DNA of 64,000 nt from Trichosphaerium sp. ATCC 40318 (Eukaryota > Protista > Tubulinea). The notes beneath the pieces were generated by a model that had not been told where the DNA came from, did no database searches, and worked only from the letters and a program-made list of their open reading frames with translations. Below, piece after piece: positions 13,602 through 26,293 of this stretch. Each line of letters starts with the position of its first letter. Positions within the stretch are counted from its first letter, which is position 1. The DNA lies in contig JALMLS010000231.1 of NCBI GenBank assembly GCA_038496445.1, positions 1 through 64,000 of the forward strand, in the 5' to 3' direction. Both the position numbers and the translations under genes were made by a program.

Positions 13602-14064
13602 TCAACACGGCCTTTTACGGTTAAAGCCCGTTTTAGGCTAACGGGCAACTCAGGTTTGAAAAAAAAGCACAACAATGAGAATTGGTTTGACATACATACA
13701 AACGCTTCAAATTGCAGCACTATAAATCGAAGATACCGTTGCATGTATAATAAAGCAACTAAAAGGTACCATATTTGGATAATGGTACAATGACTTCATG
13801 AACAAGAAGTATTTGCACGTGTGAAAAGGAGTACATTAACGTGTATAAAGCATAAGGTTTCCTTCAATTCACCAGTTTGGGATAGTTTTAAACGCTTGAT
13901 TGTAATTACAAGCATAAATATTTATTTTAGCGCAAGTGCGAGTGCTGTGCATTTTGAACAGCACCAATAACAGCACATCGCTACTGGCCAGCAGCAAAGT
14001 GCCAAGCACTTCAAAAATAGTACAAAAAAAGGTGGGGATGATTAAGAAGTCCCTCCTGTGGTAT

Positions 14065-15333
14065 CTAACTCCAAAAGTCGTACCAAGCCTTTTTAGGTTC
14101 CTCTTTCTTTTCTTCTTCAACCTTTTCTGGCTCTTGAACTTCATCTTCTGGTTTCTTTTCAACCGCAACAGCTTCAATCTCTGGTAGTTCATCAGTTGCT
14201 TTTTCTTTTTCGGCTTCTTCTGGAACTGTTTGATCCTCCTCTTCAGCTTTAGCGGCTTCTTGTAGTGCCTTAATAGCCTACAAACAATGTCAAAAACACA
14301 ACCAGTAACAACACGCCACCAAGAGACATTTGCTTTGTATGGTGACATGTAAAAAAGAGGTAAAAAAAATTAGTACTTTGACTTCAGCAGCATCCAGTTG
14401 AGCCTTCTCTTTTTCTTTCTTTTCTGCTCGTTTCTTGTAGAAAGCTTCTTGTCTAGTTTTGTAAGCCAAGTATTTTTCGTTTGTTAAATGTGAGCGTTGG
14501 CGTTTGTGCATTCTATCAAAAGGGTGAGCTTGTTATTTTGATAATTTTGACGGGTTTCTTTGTTTTACAAAACCCCTTTTGTGCTACGAGGTTAATTAAT
14601 AGCGTCCAACGTACGCTATCTTATTGGGCCACTCAGTCCTCCACGTTGCCACTTGGTTGTCCCACCTCTCTACGAAAATTTCGTCTAGTTTATCCCTAAG
14701 ATACTCTTGTTGATCTTCACCGTCCCTTTCGCCTTCAGCGGTTGTTTTACGCGTCTATTACGTAAGTGTGAGCGAAAGAAAGTAACACCAGAAAAGAAAA
14801 CAACCAATGAGAGTATTAATTAGCAGTTAACAGTGTAGATTGGCTTTAAGGAGCGATGATACACTTGTTTTTTGAGTTTGTGGCAAATAAACACGCACCA
14901 AACTACGCTTGTAATCCTTGGTGTAGGTCTTTTGAAAGAGATTTTGAGCGTCTTTAATCTGAAGTGCGGTAGCATTAAATCCTTCGCCGTCGTTGTAAAC
15001 CCATCTTCTGCGCTTTCTAGTCTTCATAAATCTGAATTGTTCGCGTCCATACGCTCGATCAAGAAATCGCTTCAATGTAGGCACTTGAGATCTCTTTAAC
15101 CACTGCCTTCGCTTACGGGCACTGACGCGCGCCGTCATATATGGCTCTGGGCGCCTATCCGGTATTTGCTTTTGTCTAATTTCAAGTGGCGCCTTGTTTG
15201 GTACATCTATGATAAATGGACGTTCTGAAACTGGTGGAAGCTTGTGCTTTTGTCGCGACACAACCAGTTGCTGTGTATTTTGCGTCGCTAGGCACGACGT
15301 TGTACAGCTGGCGAGCCGCGCGTTGGCCAACAT
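14065..15333 (-). CDS. Hypothetical basic protein with mitochondrial-presequence-like N-terminus and Glu/Lys-rich C-terminus, multi-exon
   Basis: MLANARLASCTTSCLATQ...VVSRQK start without acidic residues; Arg/Lys-rich core; exons link to MHKRQRSHL... and ...EEEPKKAWYDFWS*. Confidence 0.55.
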
Positions 15334-15418
15334 GTTTCGAGCGGTGGAAAGGAGAATCGCAGTGACTTTTTGCAAAACGCACCAAAAAATGCCAAAAACC
15401 AAAAAATTTTGATCAAGC

Positions 15419-16079
15419 ATGTCAGAGGAGACTACTAACAGCAATAACAATGAACAACCTGTTGCAGGCGTTGAAGCCAAGCTTGCTAAATCTCTTGACA
15501 TGCGCATCAAGGCGCAACAAAAGCGTGAAACCGAACTTGTAGCTGCCACTGAAGATATGTTTCAAAATCTCTCAGACTACCTAAAGGCCGAGTTATTGAG
15601 TACGTATAACGTCATTTTGTTTTAATTGTCCTTTAATCAGTACCACCGCTCACAAATTGTTTAGCAACAAGCACAGACTATAAACTGCTTGAAAATATGA
15701 ACAACGCCACAACAGAAAAGTACGAAGACATGACAAAGATGGCTGAAGGTCTAGGAGAGTATATGAAGGAGCTACAGAGTAAATGTACGCATGGTGTTGT
15801 GGTGTCAACTTCAACAGCGACTTTACACTTCCAAATGGACTAAATAGTATACTAGACAAAGAGTTTCAACCGTATCTCGAAAAGATAGACGAAATTGATG
15901 TTAGTGTAACAGAACTCGAAAAAACCGTTTCTTTACTTGACGACTATACAAAGCGCCTTGGTACGCCTACACGTAAACTGCAAGAACGCGCACTAACACG
16001 AAAAATAGAGGGTACTTTTACGCATTTAAAGAGTGTTGGTAGATTGCCATATCAACAACAGAAGGACGGACAATCATAA
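15419..16079 (+). CDS. BLOC1S2: BLOC-1 complex subunit 2
   Basis: MFQNLSDYLKAELL-ATSTDYKLLENMNNATTEKYEDM...FQPYLEKIDEIDVSVTELEKTVSLLDDYTKRLE. Confidence 0.88.
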
Positions 16080-16383
16080 ATGGCCAATGCAAAGGCTTTT
16101 TTTTCTCACCAGGATTTACTGGTTGTACATAGCGACAAGAACACAATATATTATGACTTTAACGTATTCTACGAGTTGTTCTATGCTTGAACATGGCTTG
16201 TTAGTAGCTAACAGCGTATAATCTAGTTTAGACGCATTGTTCAACGATGTTAACTGTATTGCTAGAACGGGAGCATGACTATCTAGGGTTCCAAGTGCTT
16301 GCAGAAGCCATCGGAGATTGTAAGTGAAATTGACAAGCAAATTGTTTCTGTACATTTTTTTATTTTAGTATTTGTTTAAGCAC

Positions 16384-19300
16384 TTAATTTGGTGCCCAGA
16401 AGTCTGTCTTAGAGTTTAGTACAGCCTTTACATATCCTTTGCGAATACAGAATTCTCCAAAGTGCTCCTTATCAGCACGTTCTGTTGAGAATTGGTGAAA
16501 CATTGGACCAAGAATATCTAAAATTTCTTGCTCGTTTACTGAATCTTTGTACAACTTGGCAACACGTTCTCCTGAAAATCCTCCACCTGCACGCAACGTA
16601 AGTTGGTATCGCACTTTATAATTATCTAGCGTACCCAAATAGAGGTTGTATATGCCCGGTGCACGTCCAACAAAAGCAATCTCAGCGACGTATGGTCTTG
16701 AGCATCCATTTGGACAACCAGACATTCTGATAGTGATTGCATCATTTCTCAATCCTGCTTCATTTATCTTCTCTTCTAGTTTTGTCACAAGCGTAGGCAA
16801 GTATCTTTCGCTCTCAGCAAGTGCTAATCCACATGTTGGTAGCGCTGTACAAGCCATTGAATTTAATCTCAATCCAGTCAACCTTTAAAAAAACTATTTA
16901 GCCACAAAGCAAGAAAAAACACGGAATAACTTACCTGTCGTTGCTTATTTTGTATTTGTGTAGCAACTCTTCAATTTGACCCTTTTGGGCAGGATTGATG
17001 TTACCCAGAATAACGTTTTGATTGGCAGTAAGGCGGATATCACCATCAAGCATCTTTGCAATTTCCAGCAGCCCAGTTTTTAGTTTGTAGTCAGGTTGGT
17101 CTAATGAAAATAGTAGTTAGTTTTTGCAGCTCTTAGGTTTTTTGTGGATACTCACCCTTAATGCGGCCATTCTGAACGAACATGCCATAGAACAACTTTC
17201 CATTGAATCCTTCTGTCCATCCATAGCGGTCTCCATTTGATGCGAATTTATAAGGGACGTAGTCTTGAATCTTCAAGCCAGTTCGCGACTCGACTTGTTT
17301 GCGGAACCAAGGCATACCGTGATCTTCTAGGGTATACTTCAAACGAGCATGTTTTCTAACGTAATCCGTCAATAAACCTTCGCAGGACGGAAAACGAGAA
17401 ACGGAACACTGGTTGTACATACCTGTTTACTCTGTCACCATAATCACGTTGAATGATCATAATTGTTTCAGCAATTTTGATAAGATTTGCCTCATCCCAA
17501 GGTACGTAGCCCAAGTACTAGAAATATACAGTTAGATACGAGTTAAGATATATTCCATATCAACACTTACCTCTGCTACTCTAGGATATGTCAATTCGTT
17601 ATTGTGTGTCATACCCATGCCACCACCTAATTTAACATTAGAAATGCGTTACAGCAAAAGAAGGTTGCTTACCGATACTGATATTGCATCCTTGGATTTT
17701 ACCGTCCTTAACCATAACAATAAACCCGAGGCAATGAGCTAATACATCAACATCATTTGTTGGTGGTATAGCAATGGCGACCTTGAACTTTCTAAAAAAT
17801 CAAAATAAACACAAAACTGTATCATAATTCGACTTTACCTTGGCAAATATGATGATCCGTAAAGCGGTTCATGATCCTTTACAGCATGACCTCTAAGAGA
17901 ACATTGAATAAAAAATTTTAAAGTACACGTGAACGTACTTTACAAGCTTCTTGTCAAGCCAAATCTCGTGGTACGCTGATGTTTTTGGCGTCAAGTGATC
18001 AGATAACTTTCTTGCGAATTGATCAACTTCATAGTGAACTTCGCTCTGAAAAGGATGTGGACAGCACATAACGTTACGATTAACGTCACCACAAGCAGCC
18101 AATGTATCCATTAAGCTTCTGTTAATGCCTTGAATGGCAGGTTTCAAGTTCTTCTTCAATACGCCATGTAATTGTACAGACTAAATGAAAACAAGTCAGA
18201 ACTTATAAATACAAATCTCAACAATAGTCTTACCTGTCGAGTTGTTAGCTTGAAAGTACCATTTCCACGTTCATCTGCAAGCGTATCCATCATTACCCAT
18301 TGTGCAGGAGTAATAACACCACCTGGTGCTCTGAAGTAGAGATTAGTATACTCAATCAAAATACAAAGGACGTACCTGATACGAATCATGAAGATGAAAG
18401 CTCGCTCCATGTTGAGTTTCCTTCGTTCTTCACGAAGATCTCTGTCATCTTGTTGATAAATACCATGAAACTTAGTCTACAAAACCAAATTAGTATCACG
18501 TGATACACTAATAGCAAAAGGCAAACAAGAAAAGGTAAAAATCTCGTACCAACTTTGTGTCCTCAGGAGCAAGTGCACCGGTTGAAGCGTCATCTAATCC
18601 TGAAAGAATTGTTCCACGCAAAAAGTTTGAAGATCCTTTAATAATCTCATCAGGACGTAGTCCTGGTGCAACCTCTGTTTCTTCACCAGAACCACCCACA
18701 CCTAGAGATTCCCATAAAGCAGGTTCCCATTTTTGGTAGGCAGTTTCATAAGAGTCATCATCTTGATCATCACCAAGACCAATTTCACTCAAACGTTGAC
18801 CACCAAGGGCATCAACTCTATTATCAATATCAACACCAGCCTTGCAAAAGTATTCAATATCGTTAGGCCAGTAGTTACGATCTCCCATGGCGAACACACT
18901 GTACCTAAGTAGAGTGTTAGTTTTAATCACTTTAACTACCTAATAAGAAGCCTTACTTGACATTTGAAAGGTCAAGTTCATCGCAGTCTGTAGATGCAAG
19001 TGTCTTCCAGAAGTCTCTGGCATTTCCTGGGAATTCGCCTTGACCCGCTGTTGATACAACAAATACTACGAGATCTTGTGTCTATAACTCAAAAGGTTAA
19101 GATTTGTCCACTGAACAAAAAACTAAACATTCATTCAACGGTACCTTTAAATCTTCCGGTTCCAAGTCATTCATTGCTGTTGACTTCGTGGCAAATCCAC
19201 GTTTCGCCCCTTCAAGCTTCAATCTTGTGGCTACTCCTTCAGCATTACCGCCATCAGATCCGTATAGTATAAGCATTGGAGGAAGAGCAAGACCAGATAG

Positions 19301-22123
19301 GAGACTTGCAAAGGATGACGCATTCTAACATTTGTAAGCGAGATGAACATTTAATTTCACGAAATAGCTATGACTACCTTATTGACTCTTTCTTTGTGCT
19401 TTGCCTTCATATCAGCCTGTACAGATGCCGTGATTTCAGGGTTGTATTCAGGTTCTGCGTTCACAAGCAATGACAAGTGATTTTCTCTGTAACAGTGTTA
19501 ATAAGGTGAAGGGTTTTGGTTCTTTATACCTTTTCAAGAAATCTTCAATTTCTTTCTTTGTTTTTTCTGAGTCGAGTATGAATGGGTCTTTACCTTCGTC
19601 AGCAAGACTAGGATTCCATCTATACAGTGGCCAAAATCCACTGTCTACTGCATCTTTTGTTTCTTTAAGCATTGCAGTATGTGATCCGCCTACAAATAAA
19701 ACCATTAATAAAGCTGTTTGTCATCATTGTACAAAACAAACGTACCTTCTACTTTTGGCGCGTATGCAACAATTACAGAAGGTCCATCGAATGCATCAGC
19801 TTCAGCAAATGCATGTAGTGCTTGAGAATACGAAGAATAGAAAGCGATAGAAGCAACATATCTAGAGTACATTTTTAGCAAGCCACATTCCAAAAGCTAT
19901 AACAGCGTACACATTTCCGTAGTTCATTGCATATAAACCGATATCCTTCTTGACACTGTGATCATACATTAGAATCTTGAGCTCAATATAAGAAGTTTGG
20001 AAATGACATACGATTTTTGATCTTTGCGCTCTGAGTATGGTACTGTATCGAACACAAGTAAGTTTACATTTTCTCCTGAAGAAATCACGTGATGAACACC
20101 TGAGTATCCAATATCAACAGCCCAATCATCACTACCAAAAAGCCAATGCGACTTTACATTGAACTACGAAAAGCATTAACAAAGTACGAGTGGTAATCAT
20201 TCATGCCTGATCACGTTGTTTGTATATCTCTGATAACAACGGATGATCCTTGTGAGTGTTCTCAAGTTCGGCTTTTGCAGAATTTCCGAATTTTTCGCAT
20301 TGTTTGCTGTCATTCTTATTTTCTAATCACGTGTTATTGTTGTTTTTTCAAATGATAATGGTATTAAAACTTACCTGACCACTGCTGGAGAGCAGTACGG
20401 AGTTGTTGGGAGGCTGGTACTCCAGGAGAATTTACAACTTTAGAAATTTTTTGTGCAAAAACTTCACGTTTCTGTAATGCAGCTAGTAATCTTCCAAATC
20501 CGAACTCTGGGTTTCCTACAACCGAAGTAAGTTTACACGTAACTAAATATATGATTAATCAACCTACCTTTGTATTCCTTCTCCCAGAACCTTATCTTTT
20601 CTTTCGATACATTAGGTCCCCAGATGTTTTGACTTTCTACTTCATTCACAACACTTGCTCGATCTCCAAAAGCTTGTTGCATCAAAGAGTTATATGGTTC
20701 AATATGAGCATTGTTTGGGGTCTTTTTCTGTAGTGATACATCAGAGTGATCTCCTACAACATCAACGGTGATGTAAGTGATAGTTTTTGGTATGTTATTT
20801 ACTAACCTGATGAGATGCCAAGTGTGTAATCAGGTTTGCAATCAGATTTAAGAACAGTTGCGATATTGTCTTCATCGAAATCGAGGCTGAGTAGCTTTAC
20901 AAAGCGTACTTTTGGTGCCTTCTTATCACCCCATTGTTTTGTGTGGATTGTAGATGTGACATCAAGAAGCAACGCGCTGATAAAAGTTAGTAACCGTTCA
21001 ATCAGCGCGCGAGAAATAACTTACTTTGAATTAGATACAACTATGATATCCTTTGTTCCCTCTGGTAGCTCTTTTAAGAATGATTCGCTATCCCATGGGC
21101 GGTAAACGCGCACACTAAGTACGCCAACGTCTTTTTGTGATATTTTAGTGGCAAGAGCACGTGCAGCTATCACCCAGTTAGTACGAAATATATTTTTACC
21201 GAATAGAAAAGTATTGTTGTACCTTCATTTACGGCTACAAGGGTGGTTGTTGAGCTACTTGATCCCGAAATGAGATCAAAAAATTTATAAGATGGTTTGA
21301 AAGATCCTAGTATATCTTGTAGTTGTTCTGCGTGCTTTGAGGTGGCTTGGTTTATGCTGAAAACAAGAGATTCTATCAAACAATTTAGACAAGTTTGATT
21401 AAAAATCGTTACCTTTCTGTTGTGAGCTTAGCTCATGGATGCTCTTGACACTGGCAGCATCTACGCGTTTGCTTAGATCCGCTGCAGATAGTGGGATAAT
21501 CTAAAAAGCAGTCAGAGGGCTGGGTAACAATAAAAAACTAAAACTAAAAAAAGTACTTGTGATGAAGAAGCGAGGGCGCTCTTTGAAATCACGTGTAATA
21601 CTGGTAAGTTACCGTTAACAGATAAAGCGTGTCCAGCAACAAGTAGATCATAAGCTTCTTGAGGTTGTGAAGAAAATAAGATTGCAATGCCTACAAAGTG
21701 TCAACTTGTCGTTTTTTCAATTTTCTTTAAGTTTTCTGCTTACCTGATTCGTTTACTGCGCGTATGAATTCGCCTACATTATCACCCCGTGATTTTATAA
21801 CGTTGTGTAAAAATGATAATTGTTGAGACGCATATTGAAACAAGTTTGGAGCAAAGTCGATGAGTTGGCTTGTAGAGCTGTATAGAGCTGTTATTTTACC
21901 GTCTTGTGCTGTTGAAGATGACGGCGTGGCTAAAACCACAATCTCAAGATAGTGTGAGAAAGAATAAAAAAATAATAATTGCCCGCTATTTCCGCCGCGG
22001 ATTTACCTTTTCTTTCGCGCTGTCGTTATACTGTTGCTTGGATAAGTCCAGATCTTTACTTATATACACGAAGTCTGCTAGTTGGGCACTAGCTTCGATA
22101 AACTTGACGCCTTGTTCAGCCAT
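16384..22123 (-). CDS. MET5: Sulfite reductase beta/hemoprotein subunit, Met5/Sir1-type (PFOR-like domains + flavodoxin + siroheme/[4Fe-4S] NIR_SIR), multi-exon
   Basis: PFOR-like [28 protein letters not shown]; flavodoxin [26 protein letters not shown]; [46 protein letters not shown]. Confidence 0.93.
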
Positions 22124-22336
22124 TTTTTTGTAAATGTAAAAGAGGTTACTTTGTTATGTAATGAACAAATGCGCTCTTGGTCGTCTCTGGGTAATATAAT
22201 GGTAACAGGCATCACAGTTGAGAGCCCAAAAAGGAAAAAATTGTACCACGCTGTACATCCTGCGTAATAATTCTTGAAAACTTATGCCTTAATTAGGCAT
22301 GCTTCTGCTCCACGCTCTAGTTAATTATTTAGTACT
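22124..22336. promoter_or_regulatory. Short divergent (bidirectional) promoter region between sulfite reductase and siroheme synthase
   Basis: Head-to-head ATGs at 22123 (-) and 22337 (+), 213 bp apart. Confidence 0.6.
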
Positions 22337-24718
22337 ATGATGAAGCAAAAAACTGAGCGTAGAAATGAGGGGAGTAACACAAGGAGTATCAACCGAAGGT
22401 ATTGTAAAAAATAACATTAAAAGAAGAACGTCAAACTAACAGCATTTTGTTTAGAGAAAAAAGTTAAAGATCCTGAACCAGGAGCATCTTTAATCGTTGC
22501 CTACAGATTGGGCGGAAAGAATATTCTTGTTGTAGGTGGTGGGCAAGGTAATAAGAGAAATTAGCCGATTTCTTTTTTACTAACGCTTCTCAAGTTGCGT
22601 CAGAGCGCGTATTCGCTGCACTAGAAGCAGACGCAATAGTAACATTAGTGGCGCCTAATAATAAGCAGCTTCACGAGGACTTGCGCTATCGCATTGGTGC
22701 GTTGAAAAAAAAATCAAAACAGCAAAAAAGGGAAAATTCCTAAGTACTATTTTTCCGTTGTTGTACCCTCTTGTTTATTAAAATGACTATCTAATTTGTA
22801 TCTAGAAAAATCTCAAGTCATCTACCATGATCGATTATTCAAGGAGAGCGACTTGGACGGCAAATGTACGAGAGAAAACTTTTTTTTTCTTTTTGATACA
22901 ACATATTTTGTGTATTATTTCATAACAATGTAATGACACACGAAACATGTTAACAACATTGACGCGTTGTTACCATATTTTATCACGTGCACAAATTTTG
23001 TTGCAACGCCCAAACTCTCAAAAACAATAATTTCATATTTTTCTCAGTTTTCTTGTTTATTTTCATCCTAGTCATGGTTCTATCTTGTGTCGACGACCCA
23101 AAAGTATCACACATGATTGGCACTCTATGCAGACAACGACGTATAATAGCAAACGTTGCAGATGTACCAGAATTTTGTGATTTCTACTTCATGAGTCGAA
23201 TGAGAGATGGACCTCTTCAAATTGGTGTCTCGACAAACGGAAACGGGCCAAAACTATCTAGGTATGTTATAATAAGTATAAACCACATATTGTTTCTCAT
23301 TAGCGAGTAGTATTATCCGAAAAAACATTGAAAGACATTTGCCAAAAAATGCAGGTCCAGCAATTAAAAAAGTAGGTAAAATCCGAGCAAGAGTCAAGTA
23401 CGTCATACTCCCAGAGTGCCTTTACGTTGTGATCAATGTCTTATTTACATTACAGGGTTATAGAAAGCTCTCATGAGTCCTCGAGAAAAAGAATGCGTTG
23501 GGTATCTAGACTATGTGAAGGCGCTTCTTTTGACAGATTGTCACAATTGACAGATGACCAAATTGAGACTCTTCTTGAACAGTTTAAGATAGATGCTACA
23601 CCTGATATATTTAAATCTCTTCCTGTATGTGAAACGTGGAGCATTAAGAACGAAGTACTAAGTAATCTTTAGGAGCAAAAAGGAGAATTATTTTTAGTTG
23701 GAGCTGGTCCAGGTAAAGATTCAACACAAAACTGTTCAATGTCTTACTTTCATAGGCGATCCAGAGCTTCTTACTTTAAAGGCGCACAAAGCCATCAATA
23801 GTTCAGATGTTGTTGTTGCAGATTATTTAGTTTCAAAGCCAATTATAGCCATGATTCCAAAGCATGTTGAAGTGATAGTGAGGCGAAGGGGAAAAGGAGC
23901 CCAAGCAGAGTCTGATGCTATAGTACTCAAACACTTGGAACTAGTACGTCTATCACACTAATGTATCATCTTCTTAACATATCCTCAGGGCAAACGCGTT
24001 GTCAGACTGAAATGTGGTGACCCGTACTTGTATGGACGAGGCATTGAAGAGGAACAGTATTTTGAAGAAAGAGGATACAAAGTAAACGTAATCCCAGGGA
24101 TATCAAGCGCATACTCAGCTCCAGCAGCAGCTCGCATTCCTTTAACTCACAGAGGTGTCGCTGATCAAGCGATCATCACCACAGCATATGGAACTGGTAC
24201 GATACTTCTACACCTTTCCTGTATCTGACAATTTGAAAAAAGGTGGCAGATTCCCTGACATGCCTGCATATTCCAAGACTAGAACACTAATTGTATTGAT
24301 GGCAATCAGTCGTATAGAAATGGTAGTAGATCATTTGAAAACGTAAGCATTAAATCACGTGTTCAATCATACAAACATACTAAACATTATTTGCAGAAAA
24401 GGATACCCGTCAAACCTTCCAGCAGCCGTTATACAAGATGCTTCAAAGCCAAACGAAAGAAAATTCACTGCTTCATTGGGCACAATTGCAAACGTGATAA
24501 AGACCAACAATGTCAAAGCACCATCTGTTGTTATATTTGGAAATGTAGTTAACTTCAGCACAACAGTACAACAAAAAGTAGAATCTCTGATATATGCACC
24601 AGAAAAAATCAAGCTTGCTTCATGGCGCTCAACACATAGTTGTTTAAGATGCGATCCGTTGATTAATACCAGAGTAAATATTAGGCGAGTACTTGCACCT
24701 TATACGCATGGCATTTAA
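22337..24718 (+). CDS. cysG: Siroheme synthase (CysG-type fusion: precorrin-2 dehydrogenase/ferrochelatase + uroporphyrinogen-III C-methyltransferase), multi-exon
   Basis: ILVVGGGQVA, NVADVPEFCDFYF, LQIGVSTNGNGPKL; LVGAGPGDPELLTLKA, VVRLKCGDPYLYGRGIEE, VIPGISSA, IPLTHRGVA, VKAPSVVIFGNVV. Confidence 0.93.
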
Positions 24719-24724
24719 AAGACT

Positions 24725-24995
24725 TATAATACAATAAACATGTACATACAGGCAACATTGTCAACATATGGCAGTGTAAGGATTTGCCACCGTTTTCTTT
24801 TAAGTTAGAATGTTAGAAATACTGCATCAATTCTGTAAGGTGATGATTGTTGATTGCAACACGTCCTTGAGTAAATGGAATACAAACTGCTGGAGTTGAG
24901 TATGCACTCGATATCCCTGCAATACTGTTCCTCTTCAATGCCTCGTCCATACAAGTACGGATCCCTATTTCACTTGACAATCATTTTACCCGAGC
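24725..24995 (-). pseudogene. Inverted, degenerate partial copy of the siroheme synthase SUMT exon/intron region (~23985-24300)
   Basis: Reverse complement contains ccgtacttgtatggacgaggcattgaagaggaacagtatt (identical to ~24022-24061), then cagggatatcgagtgcatactcaactccagcag, caatcatcacc, aaaacggtggcaaatcc; internal deletion and indels. Confidence 0.85.
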
Positions 24996-25189
24996 TGTGC
25001 AGTTGATGGGATTGCGTTACAAGTAAGCACATGAAATAAACGTTTAGTAAATAAATTATCTTTATTAATTGATGTAAACGCTATTGGAAACGTGTATGGT
25101 ACGGGATATTTCGGTACTTGCTTTGTTGTTTGAAAGTCAACGAATCACGTGATCAAAATCTGTTGTTGTAACTAGTCTTTAGTAGTCTT

Positions 25190-26071
25190 ATTTTCTGTTA
25201 TTACTGCAGTCCGTCGGAGTCTCTTTACTTGCAAGCGCATCAGTCGTTCTCAAGAGTAGTTTACGTACAAAGGTAGTGCTACATTCTTTCCAGCGATGAG
25301 GTTGATGCCTTGTAAAGTAAGCCTTTAGTTTATATAATTTGGGTTTAAAGTAGTGTCAGCCTGAATTATAGGGGTGCACTTGACTCGCCAATCCAAAACG
25401 CATGCAGGTAATGTTTGTTCCAATTGGGCGGCGTCAGCTGAGAGTTGGCTAAATAGTAGGTTAAACGGTAAGTGAAACGAAAAATAAGTCCAAAATAGAA
25501 GAAACGATTTCAGATAAACGAAGTGAAATTGTAGATGAGGTTACGAAAATGCTAGTAGACGCGTACCTGTTGTGTAGGGATTCACTGGAAGTGAAGAAAC
25601 TTGATTTTTTGGAAGGTTCTGCTACAACAACCATAGGCGAGTTAATAAAGTCTATAATGTAAACAGGTTGGTTGTTTCGGGTTCCAAAAAGCACTTTGCG
25701 ATCCATGAGGGTCCTAGAGTTAAAATTACAAATTAAAGTATACAAAACAATACAAGCTCAGTCTGAGCTTTGGTATGTAGTACGTACGTTGAAAAGATGT
25801 TATGCCACTTTTGTAAACCAAATTTCACTCGGGCAGCCTCCATCCAACGCATTGCTGCCTCCTTAGGCGTCTTGCCATCTGCTTGTATCATTGTAAAAGG
25901 GCAGAAAGCCACAACAGCGGATGGCTGGTTTAAATCTTGTTTAGGTAAGAAAAACAATTGGCAATAGCGTGGTGTAGCGCCTAACGGCATTTCGCTTATT
26001 TGATCCAAAGCAAGGCGTAATTTTTGTTGAACGTTGTAAGTGCTCTTTCTAATGTCGGCAATAGTTGTCAT
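25190..26071 (-). CDS. Hypothetical protein, at least 3 exons; 3' end uncertain
   Basis: ATG 26071; GTACG donors at 25787 and ~25566 splice in frame to TLMDRKVLFG... and SQLSADAAQLEQ...; no family recognised. Confidence 0.45.
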
Positions 26072-26293
26072 AATATGCGAGGAGTTGTCTGTGTTGTATG
26101 TAAATAGAGTAGAAAGAAATTTAAGCGAAAACAGTGAGTCTTTCGATCACAGAAAATACCGTCACAGGGCTCCCTAAATCATGAATGCGGCTTTCGTTCA
26201 TGAAAATTCAACACTATTTTCATACCATTTTTAACAATAACCCAACCCTCAACAACGCTTTAAAACTTCCTCCTTCCTTCCTCATACACCCAG

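Noticed and set aside
14827-15549. 240-aa ORF as listed in the track
   Set aside because: Its first ~72 codons are antisense to BLOC1S2 or intergenic; the likely start is ATG 15333, and the 3' part runs into an intron.
16116-16355. 79-aa minus-strand ORF between BLOC1S2 and MET5
   Set aside because: Lies in the 3' flanks of two convergent genes and has no recognisable motif; probably UTR.
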